Positions 1 to 11,974 of a DNA stretch of 64,000 nt are shown here, piece after piece. Where the stretch lies: NCBI GenBank assembly GCA_965235115.1, contig OZ249436.1:45944001-46008000 (forward strand), in the 5' to 3' direction. Made by a program: the position numbers and the translations under genes. Numbering within the stretch: position 1 is the stretch's first letter; every line of letters starts with the position of its first letter. The notes under the pieces are model-generated. The model was not told the DNA's origin. It saw only the letters and a list, made by a program, of their open reading frames with translations, and did no database searches. The stretch comes from Laetmonice hystrix. Its lineage: Eukaryota.

Positions 1-456
1 CCCAGTAACATCATGTGAGACTGTTATGGCCCAGCGACCAGTATTTAGTAAGGAAAATATGCCAAATCTCTCGCAAATACGTAGCTCAGAATTAGCGAGC
101 GGCCCACAGGATATTTGAGTTGGCCGCGGTCGGGCGATGATGACGCGTGATCACGTGACTTCCGGGTGTGGAAGGGAATCTCCCTCTAGTCTAGCATTGA
201 CCTAAATACTGCATGTACACCCGGAAGTCACGTGATCACGCGTCATCATCGCCCGACCGCGGCCAACTCAAATATCCTGTGGGCCGCTTGCTAATTCTGA
301 GCTACGTATTTGTGAGAGATTTGGCATATTTTCCTTACTAAATACTGGTCGCTGGGCCATAACAGTCGCACATGATGTTACTGGGAGTCCAAGGTATGCG
401 AATCATATGTTTCTAAGACTGCCATAAATCGAAAAAAATGAATTTTACGGCTCCCT
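1..456. mobile_element. Foldback MITE (Kolobok-like non-autonomous DNA transposon), left end cut off by the window edge
   Basis: Long inverted arms around a 47-bp spacer; ends ...CTCCCT followed by TTAA (457-460); near-identical to the complete copy at 55067-55593 with the spacer in the opposite orientation. Confidence 0.85.
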
Positions 457-477
457 TTAACAGTGTTTAGCAAATAT

Positions 478-1017
478 AAACTAGACACGCATGGTATTTT
501 GCAAATACATGTACATGTAGGTCAAACGTTGACCTAGTTTTGACCCACTCTGATGCCAACCAACATCACATTTCCATTGGAAATAATCAGAAAGATATTG
601 GGAACAGTGTCTACTATATTCCCAGCAACGTTAATGGTCACAGATATTGTATCAGTGAACTTGTAATGATTTTTTCGAATGTTCAGTAATAAAGGAGATA
701 TAAGCTATTTTATGATAAATATGCTTCACATTTTCCATTTAATTGTCAAATACAATGCTTAAAACAGCCCTAATGGTTAGTATTTTCAAAGGAATCTTTC
801 AATATTCCGTTAGGCCATGTGATTACGTACATTTTTGGTCATGACCTAGTTTTTGAACTTTGACCTCGATTTCTGACCTAATTATGCAAAACTGAAATGT
901 CCAAACAAAATATTTGTAATCTGCACAAAAAACCGCTCTAGAAAATGTTGTTTGGCTGCTTTTCCTCAAAAATGCCTACAGGACTTTCCTTTCCTGAAAT
1001 ATGGCCCAGTCTATTAG
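478..1017 (+). mobile_element. Possible non-autonomous Helitron/Helentron-type element
   Basis: Begins AAACTAGAC, ends GTCTATTAG before a T-run, and has repeated TTGACCT/TGACCTAG motifs inside. The family call rests on general resemblance only. Confidence 0.3.
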
Positions 1018-2790
1018 TTTTACCCCCAACCCCCGACCTTTTAACCCGATACCAGGGATGTGTGGCCTATAGCTGAAGGGCGACACAGGGCTTACCTTAG
1101 CTCAGATCGTTTACGTTACGTTAGGTCTATAATAGAGGCGCTTATAATAACACGTAGATCCTATCTCCAGCAGGTTGTCAGGTGGTCTTCTCTAGACGTT
1201 ATACAAAACGGACTTGATATTATTTTTCGCTAGCTTTGTTACCCGTATGAAAATAAAGTCCATTTCATAATTTCAAGGCACTTTCATATGGAACAATCTT
1301 TGTTGCCGTATCCGATACGTCACGCATAGTTCGGTGTGGACAGTAGTACTAGAGGTGGCTTCAAACATCCGCCGTTCTATCAGCCATACTCTGTCGTTAT
1401 TACACATGCGTGGACATTCTAAGCCACAGATTTAAGAGGCGATAAAATGCGCTATCCTGGCTTGGAGTCTGAGGTACGTGCTATTGTCCGTCACGAAGTC
1501 GATCGCACGTCTTTGCATAGCGCATAAATGATTGACGGTTCTCTTCTTTATTTATCTTGGCTTAGGTCAACATGTACCCTCGGGCAGTAGGCCTAATGTA
1601 CGACAAATATGTCTTATAATGGCTCTAATATATGCCCGTGAGCGAAGAGCTTGTATGGATGGAATTGGGTTAATTCTCATAGATTCGAACCCTGACATGG
1701 GACATGGGGCCAAGAACGCTTGGAGTTCTCCCCCTGAAGGTGGTCAATCCGGACTCAGTCTGAATGACAGCGTCAATAGAACTCCAACACGCTCTACGGC
1801 TCCCTGGAATTCATATTGACCAATCTGTTCGTATATTCATCGTTCTCAAACTGGATTATTGAAAGGTGTGTTCTTCTCGTTGAATGCTCCGATCTAGAGA
1901 TCAATTCTAATCTAATATAGTGTATGGGAGGCAGGCTGGACACAAACTGCTACCTCTCCATTAGGGCTATGAGTTGTTACATTCGATGGCCTACCCATCA
2001 TCCATTACCACACCCTCCAGGCTCGCCATAATGTACTAAAACAGACAGTGCACAATCATGCGATGCTGCACAATGCCTTTACTAATGGCCCTGACTGGGC
2101 AAGACCGGGTTTCGTATCTGAAGCCCTGGACGGACGGCCCATTACGATGTCTGTCAATGGAGAACAAACACCGCCCAGAAACTGCCGTGGAACAATGGCG
2201 CGGTCGCCAACATGTCTCAATGACAGACAAGATGTTAACGACACCAAGACCCGAGACTTGGCAGCCTCCTAACAAGATGACATTCAAGGCTGCGTGCCAC
2301 TCATTCTCCCGACTCACGATTTTTTTTTGGTCCTGTGTCCCGAGAGTACCAACTCTGATCACAACTTGCATCATTTAATTATTAGATAGTGACACAAGAA
2401 AACGTTTTTACCCGTAGAAGGCTCAGTCCTATCTCAGGTTTTCAAACTTTGATTAAACCATGTCAATCCGCTGGTATCTATTCTCACAAGGGAATGCAGA
2501 ATGGAAATGCGTCTCGTTACGCCAGCCACTTTATCACGACCACAAGGCCCCGTGTGAGGTCATTGAGTGCAATTTACATTTCATATTCCCGTTTACAATT
2601 TGTTATCCATAACCTCCACCGAAATCAGGGGTATGGATTATAGGATTAGCGACAGGGATAAGGATAAGAGTTCATTTTGAAGGCAAAGTTTGGTGTCCGG
2701 GAATACTGAGAGATAACCACTTACTGCTTCCAGATTTCGAAAATTGAGACTCCGCCTTTTTTTCTAGTTCCGCTAATTTAACCCGTGTTT

Positions 2791-3010
2791 CTGTTGGATT
2801 AGGATACTCTGAACGTGGGTGTAATCAGTTGAGTTTAGGACCAAAGGTCTTCTGTCATCACATACCACGACAGATCTACAGATCTACAGGGTTCCCTCTG
2901 TTGGATTAGGATACTTTGAACGTGGGTGTAATCAGTTGAGTTTAGGACCAAAGGTCTTCTGTCATCACATACCACGACAGATCTACAGATCTACAGGCTT
3001 CCCTCTGTTG
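2791..3010. repeat. Direct tandem duplication of about 107 bp
   Basis: ctgttggattaggatact...gatctacagg.ttccct occurs twice head-to-tail with very few mismatches. Confidence 0.9.
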
Positions 3011-4980
3011 CCAATGTCTTCAAAGTAAAACCAGGTAACAGTTGTCGGCTCTGAGAGATCTGACACAATGCTTATTGACATGGACTTTTAACGTAACCTC
3101 TGAACCAGCAAGGCAAGGGTCCACAGAGCATTGCAACTATGGGAAGTAGCTCGCATCGGGTAGGCCTACCATCACTGATGAAATAAACATGGATTTTTTT
3201 TTACAGATTTAGCTGTTTCAAGCTTGAGACGGCAGGAACTTAAGACTGAAACATGTTATTGTGTTTCTTTCTTGTTCCCCCCTTTCAACAACTTTTTTAT
3301 TTCTTTTGAGTGTTCGTGTTGCGGGCTAATGACTTACCGATATCAACCAGCAATGTGAAAAATAAATAAATGACATAAAATAAAAATAGTTATCAGCGGT
3401 TTGGAGCTTTGATCAGTGGGCAGTATCCTAGAATACAGGCCAAGGGAATTAACTGGCACGGGTTCGTTTCTATAGTAGCAGCGACACGGCTGGACATATT
3501 TGATGACCTATTTGCGGAGAACTGGGGAGGACCAGCGAGAAAAATTGGACTGGAGCAAATCCATCCGTCTCACGGCGATCACTCTGCAATCCGACACGCG
3601 ACCACTTTCCCACACCAGCCCTCGCCCCATTTCTTGCCTTTTACAAACAACCAGTGAGTGAGCTGAGGATCCTTCTTAGCTCGGATCTCCAAGGGGGCCC
3701 TCGCTTCACTTATACATAAATATTCACAATAGAAACTGCTGGAACCACTTATCATAGCAAAGAATTTAAAAACGGAAGAACAGAAAAAGACAGACACCTA
3801 TCTGTAAATAATAAATCAACTCTCATACCTCAGAGTAGAGTGCCAGGACTAACATCTTCCCTGGCTGCCAACAGTGGAAGCCACAACTCATCTACTGGGT
3901 ACCGTCAAGTAGAACTCCCTCACTTCTGTACGCTTCCAGGACTTTGCCCACTTAGATGTTGGTTTACCACATGAATCGCTAACTGTCTTGAGGCACAGCT
4001 GCCGAAACATAATCACTTAAGTAGCTATATCCTATCTGCGTTACCGTCTGCATCCTTTGTTTCCGTTGGCATTGGCTTACTGGAATTAATGACGTCTGAA
4101 TGATAGTCTTCCCTTCCTACATAACGCCGCTATCACTTATAGATCCATATAGTATACATATATTGGATGGCTATACACTATACAGTTTATGGGACGAAGA
4201 AACGCGATTATTTTGTACTTAAAAAAACGAAATCAAAAACAAATCTGCGTGAATAAATGTATAAATATATTGTCATATTTTCCAAGATCATCTTTAAGAC
4301 CAAAAGTACATAAGGGATTTTTGACCTTTTGGACCTTCCCAGATTTTGAGTGTTTTGGGGGCACGCTTCCCCCAGGTCCCTGCCCACAGCCCTGCCACTC
4401 ATCTTAAAATGGGCAAAGTGCGTAAAGGACGTGGCATGTACTATAGTGACCGGAATGTAGGCACCATCGACCAGATTAAACCAGAGATTGATCTCAAGGG
4501 AGGATTGCCAATATCAAGTGGCAACTTAATCTTCATAGAACCCGCCACATATGACGCTTCAGTCGGTCTTACCAAGTAGGTGGAATGTGTAAACTTGGCT
4601 ACAGATATAGGTTTCCAACCTGCCAGCTGTCATACATCAAAACCGCTTTGATTTGAGCCTTCCAGATATGTAAAACCTTACCCTGAGCTGTAACGGACCA
4701 AAGAGAAGCGCAGACGAAATCTGAATGCTGACACGTGAAAACGTAGGGTCTCTTGTGTTTGAGCGAATTTGTTCAAACTTTGCTTGCCAGTCGGAGATAT
4801 TCCGCATGTGTTTGATCCAAGAATAACACTTACCGGTCTTCCTTTTATTTTTGAATTCTGATTAAACGTTGAACATAAGTTTTCCATTTTTCACTTCCAA
4901 CTCAGTGGTACCTTTATAAAACATTGATGAGATTATGTAGGGCTGCAGGCATGTAAGAGTAGAACAAAGTGTAGTCTCAC

Positions 4981-5108
4981 CTGGCATTGTGCATCCCTGG
5001 CACTGTTGTGTACCCTTTGCCAGTTTCCACCCCGGTAGCGGGGGACCACAGTAATATCACCAGAAGAAGCAAGTTCAGAACACATTGTCCACGCCCCATC
5101 GCTAACAT
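4981..5108 (-). CDS. Candidate first coding exon of a secreted or membrane protein (signal peptide); possibly a second Cys-loop receptor gene
   Basis: Encodes MLAMGRGQCVLNLLLLVILLWSPATG-VETGKGYTTVPGMHNA(R), with a basic n-region, a Leu-rich h-region and an A-T-G cleavage-like motif; ends at a CAG|GTGAGA donor (phase 2). An in-frame upstream AAAATGG lies at 5261. Confidence 0.5.
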
Positions 5109-5883
5109 ATCCTTGACCAAAGTAAGTCCTCCACGGTTGGAGGTGAACCCAGCAGGACGTCTGTTACCCTGGTTACAGGTCCACTGTTTGCTGTGCCTGC
5201 AAACTTCTGTTTGATGCCGAATGCTAAGCCGGCAAACCCTGTCGTGATCTTGATGTACCATTTTGTCGAGTTACTCACTCACACCATCGAGCGATTACAA
5301 GACACTGATGTCATCGTTAGCCGCGCGTCCCATCGCGTGGTGAAACCGAGGCTGCGCGCAGAGCGCCCCCTATAGGCAGTGCAGTGACTTAGTAGCATGT
5401 TTCCGCGGCATTCTGTAACACTTGATGGTTGAAACTGACGGAGTCGGGGGCACAAGTTCCCGTCCCGACAGCAGTTACACGATCGATGTGTATCTAATCG
5501 GCTACTCACCTGAAATAAACAAGAATAGCGATACATGAAAATGGTTACCCTGGTCGTTCAATTACAACCATATTCTACCTTAACCATGCAATCGCTCAGT
5601 CGGCCTAGGCCTAAATAACAATGTATAGAGGTCTACAGGGCGGAAAACGATTCAATACTTTAGGACACATCTGTCGGCATAGCCTGCATGGTTGAGAGTA
5701 TTGTTTAAAATAATCTTAAGATGATTACGGGTCCTGTATGTAAAATATGGAGTGTTCATTTGATAACAACAACCCACATCTAATCAAAGTCTGTTTAAGC
5801 TGCTCTTTGGCAGACATTTCAAGCCGGCCTCAAGTCGCGGGATGGAGCGCTTTCGGTTAACAGCGTCCCATGTTATAGTTACA

Positions 5884-6255
5884 CAGAGGCGTAGGAAGCA
5901 CTTTAAAAGTGTGGGGGGGGGGCAACAGGGCCATGCGCAGGATTTTTCGAGGGGGGATTACAGTTGGGCGGGGGGACTGGGCGAGCGCCGGAGGCGCGAA
6001 GCCATGCTAGGGGAGTACGGGGGCATGCCCCCCGAAAAAGTTTGAAATTTATAGTGTAATTTGGTGGCATTTGGTGCATCTTAGAGCACAAAATAAGGTC
6101 TGAAATGTGAGAAAATACCGTCCTTCTCCATAGACTTCCAATGGCAAAAGTCAAGGGGAGGGAAAAAGTGGGGGGAGGGCCAAAAGATACTCTGGCCCCC
6201 CTCATTTCAAAGTGGGGGGGCATGGCCCCCATGCCCCCCTATTCCTACGCCCCTG
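5884..6255. mobile_element. hAT-like MITE
   Basis: Terminal inverted repeats CAGAGGCGTAGGAA ... TTCCTACGCCCCTG with a G/C-run-rich interior; no clean 8-bp TSD visible. Confidence 0.55.
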
Positions 6256-6702
6256 TTATTATTGTCGGTGATCGAAAGTCTTAAATGCTGTGGTTCCGTT
6301 TCGTATCATTAAAGACGACCATACATTGGCCTGCCCCGAGACCAGCACGAACGCAGGCCTTACTGCCAACCAGCGCGGCGTGTATAGGGGATCCCCATCT
6401 CTGTGAATGGATGGGGAAAACATTGCATACAACTCTTTCTCTAGAAGCAGCACATCTGAAGACGAGATATTTAACATGTAAAGCGAGGTGGCAGATCCCA
6501 CTTATTGGCTTACCCTACACAGTACCAAGTCCCAGGGGTCCTGGCTATACCGGATCGCCAAGAATATCACTTGGCTTTACTCGAATGGTGACGGATTTCT
6601 CCTGAGACCACCCTGACTTTGTTCCTTTCTCGAGGCTTCCCCTGAGATAAATCACCGTCAAGGGGATAAACAGCTGAAGTAGTTCTTATAGCCAAAGAAC
6701 TT

Positions 6703-6715
6703 TGAGAGAGACAGT

Positions 6716-6774
<59 letters not shown>

Positions 6775-6886
6775 GGAGAGAGAGCGCGCGACAGAGAGAG
6801 ACGGAGGGAGAGAGAGATGGTGAGAGAGAGAGAGAAGAGACGGAGAGAGAGAGAGCGAGAGAGAGCGAGAGACAGGGAGAGAGAGC
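6703..6886. repeat. (GA)n microsatellite
   Basis: Pure then degenerate GA run. Confidence 0.95.
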
Positions 6887-7778
6887 GCGCATTCAGTTCC
6901 TACACTTGTCCTGAAGGATAGTTCCTGAAGCAAGGGGGAAGAAGCATCAATCATAATAGGCCTCTTCAGTCCTTCCCCAGGGTAAGTCAATTCTGGTTAC
7001 TGCCTTGTAGCATGCATGCAAAAACCTCTCAATCTGTTCCATGGTAGTTTAAATATGGATTGTGTGTACACGATCGTGCTGTGATGCTCTAGCCACCCGA
7101 TGGCAATGCACCTTGGTTACATGTATGCGTAAAGTCATGCATTCTGCTGTGGCAGTCGGTACTTCAGGCTAATAGTCACCATACATAAGATGGTCGGATT
7201 TCATGTCACCCAATCTCGCAAAAACGCTTTTGGTTAAAGCTTTTAGAATACAGCTACTCATGGTTGGATACTTTGGTGCACCAATTCCCTGTTTTAAACC
7301 ACTTTATTATCTATTCTCCGATAATGCAGAAACTTGAAGCCCTGTTTTTTCTTCCTACCAACGACTGTACGAGATCTTGTTCTGCTTCCCATCCAACAGA
7401 AAACTAGTACAGTCATTGTCGTTAATACGTGTATTTCAGCCGCAGGACCGTTACAAAACATCACCGGGTACTTCCCATTGTTTTAACAAATTCACATCAG
7501 ATTCTGAGGGCCACATGAGCAAAATTAACAACTTTACCTCGCACATCGTGCATGTTACAGAACTTTAGAAAAGTCAATAGTGTTACTATGTTGTACTGAG
7601 TTGTTGACACGACCCACCTGGGCAGTAGAAATGTGATATCGACATATCAGATTATAGATCGCCTTCATGACGGTGATAATCTATCGTTGACGTGGGGTAT
7701 GTGTGGACAGACAATCACAACAACGCACAACTGCATTCACTTAGGATTTTCAAATAATTCACATCTTGCTTAACCGTT

Positions 7779-9219
7779 AGCTCAGAACTTCTGATTGGCC
7801 GGTTTCATGCTGCCATCCAGCTCAGAACTTCTGATTGGCCGGTCTCATGCTGCCATCCCGCTCAGAACTTCTGATTGGCCGGTCTCATGCTGCCATCCAG
7901 CTCAGAACTTCTGACTGGCCGGTCTCATGCTGCCATCCAGCTCAGAACTTCTGATTGGCCGGTCTCATGCTGCCATCCAGCTCAGAACTTCTGACTGGCC
8001 GGTCTCATGCTGCCATCCAGCTCAGAACTTCTGACTGGCCGGTCTCATGCTGCCATCCAGCTCAGAACTTCTGATTAGCCGGTCTCATGCTGCCATCCAG
8101 CTCAGAACTTCTGACTGGCCGGTCTCATGCTGCCATCCAGCTCAGAACTTCTGATTGGCCGGTGTCATGCTGCCATCCAGCTCAGAACTTCTGATTAGCC
8201 GGTCTGATGCTGCCATCAGAACTTCTGACTGGCCGGTCTGGTGCTGCCATCCAGCTCAGAACTTCTGACTGGCCGGTCTGATGCTGCCATCCAGCTCAGA
8301 ACTTCTGATCAGCCGGTCTCATGCTGCCATCCAGCTCAGAACTTCTGATTGGCCGGTCTCATGCTGCCATCCAGCTCAGAACTTCTGATTGGCCGGTCTC
8401 ATGCTGCCATCCAGCTCAGAACTTCTGACTGGCCGGTCTGATGCTGCCATCCAGCTCAGAACTTCTGATTGGCCGGTCTCATGCTGCCATCCAGCTCAGA
8501 ACTTCTGATTGGCCGGTCTCATGCTGCCATCCAGCTCAGAACTTCTGATTGGCCGGTCTCATGCTGCCATCCAGCTCAGAACTTCTGACTGGCCGGTCTC
8601 ATGCTGCCATCCAGCTCAGAACTTCTGATTGGCCGGTCTCATGCTGCCATCCAGCCCAGAACTTCTGATTGGCCGGTCTCATGCTGCCATCCAGCTCAGA
8701 ACTTCTGATTGGCCGGTGTCATGCTGCCATCCAGCTCAGAACTTCTGACTGGCCGGTCTCATGCTGCCATCCAGCTCAGAACTTCTGATTGGCCGGTCTC
8801 ATGCTGCCATCCAGCTCAGAACTTCTGATTGGCCGGTCTGATGCTGCCATCCAGCTCAGAACTTCTGATTGGCCGGTCTCATGCTGCCATCCAGCTCAGA
8901 ACTTCTGATTGGCCGGTATCATGCTGCCATCCAGCTCAGAACTTCTGATTGGCCGCGCTGATGCTGCCATCCAGCTCAGAACTTCTGATTGGCCGGTTTC
9001 ATGCTGCCATCCAGCTCAGAACTTCTGATTGGCCGGTCTCATGCTGCCATCCAGCTCAGAACTTCTGATTGGCCGGTCTCATGCTGCCATCCAGCTCAGA
9101 ACTTCTGATTGGCCGGTCTCATGCTGCCATCCAGCTCAGAACTTCTGATTGGCCGGTCTCATGCTGCCATCCAGCTCAGAACTTCTGATTGGCCGGTGTC
9201 ATGCTGCCATCCAGCTCAG
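7779..9219. repeat. 40-bp minisatellite, about 36 units
   Basis: Unit agctcagaacttctgattggccggtctcatgctgccatcc, head-to-tail with no spacers. Confidence 0.97.
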
Positions 9220-9850
9220 CCCCCCCCCCCCCTAGTTGTTCCCGGATGGGACTCTTGTATTCACTGTTTGATCTCGTGGCCCTGAGATGCCGTCAAGTTT
9301 GCCCCTGTGCTGCCAGAATCGATCCCCGCCTGCCCAAGCTCGGACGTGCCTTCAGTGATGTGCGACCGCTTTCATTTCCAGAACGAGTCAAGCGTTTGAA
9401 GACCGGATATGATGATCCTGGAGGATGTGTAGGGGGGAGGGGAGCGGGGTGATAATCCCAGGGTCGCCCTGATCAGACAGCTGGGGGTCCTCTCTTCCTC
9501 TCCACATCACCCTTACTATTTAATCATGACAGCGAGTACGTGTCATGTAGGAATGTTTGTCCGAGCTTCCTGCCTCACGTTCTGACTGAGGTGTCAAACA
9601 GCTGCGTTAACATGAAGTCAGTGTGGAAAAGCAGAATCTTGTGGTCTTCGAAGTTGTTGTAGTCTCTGTCGTCGCGGTATTTTTAAAATGAGAGAAAGCG
9701 TGCAGTCCTAGCCACCCGTATTAATGGGGACAAATTTATATCGTATATTGGGGAGGAGGAAAATTAAAAAGCCCAGACAAATTTTCGTTTTACTTTTCCT
9801 TGATCCAACTGATCTTTTAAACACGCGGCAGAAAACAACGACCGACAAAA

Positions 9851-10648
9851 CCAACCTATTTCTCTTCCACTATAATACTGTGTATTGGTACACAAATAAA
9901 CCAATCTATTTCTCTTTCACTATAGTACTGTGTCTTGTTACACAAATAAACCAACCTATTTCTCTTTCACTATAGTATACTGTATTGGTACACAAATACA
10001 CCAATCTATTTCTCTTTCACTATAGTACTGTGTATTGTTACACAAATAAACCAACCTATTTCTCTTTCACTATAGTACTGTGTATTGGTACACAAATAAA
10101 CCAATCTATTTCTCTTTCACTATAGTACTGTGTATTGGTACACAAATAAACCAACCTATTTCTCTTTCACTATAGTACTGTGTATTGTTACACAAATAAA
10201 CCAACCTATTTCTCTTTCACTATGGTACTGTGTACTGGTACACACATAAACCAACCTATTTCTCTTTCACTATAGTACTGTGTATTGGTCCACAAATAAA
10301 CCAACCTATTTCTCTTTCACTATAGTACTGTGTATTGGTACACAAATAAACCAACCTATTTCTCTTTCACTATGGTACTGTGTATTGGTACACAAATAAA
10401 CCAACCTATTTCTCTTTCACTATGGTACTGTGTATTGGTACACAAATAAACCAACCTATTTCTCTTTCACTATGGTACTGTGTATTGGTACACAAATAAA
10501 CCAACCTATTTCTCTTTTACTATGGTACTGTGTATTGGTACACAAATAAACCAACCTATTTCTCTTTCACTATGGTACTGTGTATTGGTACACAAATAAA
10601 CCAACCTATTTCTCTTTCACTATGGTACTGTGTATTGGTACACAAATA
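9851..10648. repeat. 50-bp minisatellite, about 16 units
   Basis: Unit ccaacctatttctctttcactat(a/g)gtactgtgtattggtacacaaataaa. Confidence 0.97.
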
Positions 10649-11814
10649 ATGCCGACCCTCTCAGACAGGCGCATTTTAAAAAAAAACATGACGGATTTAT
10701 CGCCGCCGCTGTTGATACCGGGTACAATGGTAGGGGCATCAATAAACAGCGAACTGAGTGAACTGAGATCGTCTAGTTATGCCTGGGGGATTCCCCATAG
10801 GGATTGGCTATAATTGACACCAACACGAAAACAGCCGACCTAAATTAGTTTGACTAATTCCGACACGAAACAGTGTGTTTGGGTTAGGGTAAAGGTTAGG
10901 CCTAGGGTTAGTGTTAGTTTAATCCCAAAATTGTTGTTAAAATAGGTGATAACATCCGGCCGTGACGTCATACCTGAAGTCACGGGCCATTCTCACACTC
11001 GAATCCTTTCGGCAATCTTCGGCAATCTTCGTTCGTTCGAGGAAAGCACTCTCACAGATTACATATCACTCACGGCCCAAATAGGAACATGCGCGCCACC
11101 GCACTCATTAGCTTACTACACCAGTGACATAAAGTATCGAAGAGGGGCGTCAAGCAGTGATATTTCTTTATTTAAACTTCCGCTGGGTGTTTGTCTTTCA
11201 ATTAACCACCGGTTTGGCCAGTGTCACGGGCACATCCACCATATAGCTTCTCAAAAGAAAGAGGTATAGTTCGGCAAGCGGTGCCTGGTCCCCTGCGGCT
11301 TACCCAGGCTCCCGTGCAAGATCTGTGAACGTTCATTTCAGCAAATGGGCGCGAATGTGAGCGTGGTCACGGGCTTGTTAATTCCTTGGGATGCCGTTTA
11401 TTGTATCGCCAGCGGTTCCATTCAGCCGACCAGCCAACCGATGATTTCACACGATTTATTTAAACATTTTAGGATCGGGACAGTGGACCGTATAGCCTTC
11501 AGTAGAATCGCGTTATCACTCTGGCGTTTTGGCTTTTCTAATTCGATTGTGCAGACAAATCTCAGAACAGCTATACAGCTAAACGCGCAATATTAATACA
11601 GACGCTACTCACACAAAAGGGAGCGTTTATTATTCCTGGCCCACGGGAGTCATGTATATACTCAGCTGCTGTAGACATTATCTGCTGCTAAATCAGTTAT
11701 GAGGAAAGCACCATTACGTCTTTAGAGGTAAAGAGGAAAAAATACCATTAACTCCCGAGAGGTTAAGCCTCCACGTTTTTCACTGTCAACTTCATATATC
11801 ATGTGTGATATAAG

Positions 11815-11974
11815 AACACGTAACGGGATGAGGGTCCTTTACGGTGAAAAGTATGGACCGAGATGTCTGGTGCATGAATACGGCACGACACCGGTGGTGG
11901 AGTGCCGTATTCATGCGCCAGGCTTTGCGTTCCATACGTTCCCGTCGAGAAGAAGCCGAATCCCGTTAAGTGTT
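11815..11974. other. Extended imperfect inverted repeat (about 160-bp hairpin), probably transposon-derived
   Basis: Inner stem 11867-11886 pairs with 11902-11921 (19/20); outer stem 11815-11829 pairs with 11960-11974 (14/15). Confidence 0.7.

Noticed and set aside
2021..2272. Plus-strand terminal exon (ARHNVLKQ...DLAAS*) after ccctccag
   Set aside because: Plausible acceptor, but no recognisable protein, competing open frames on both strands and no partner exons.
3860..3905. nAChR loop-A-like PVDELWLP peptide on the minus strand
   Set aside because: Bounded by in-frame stops, lacks the conserved Asp (WxPD), and has no compatible acceptor.
6658..6990. ER/SL-rich ORFs here and at 17905-18250, 24635-24958 and 46834-47146
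   Set aside because: Translations of GA, CT and GAAA microsatellites.
10880..10920. Telomere-like GGGTTAGGG motifs (also at 40450-40510)
   Set aside because: Too short and degenerate; probably the interior of a repeat element rather than a telomeric array.
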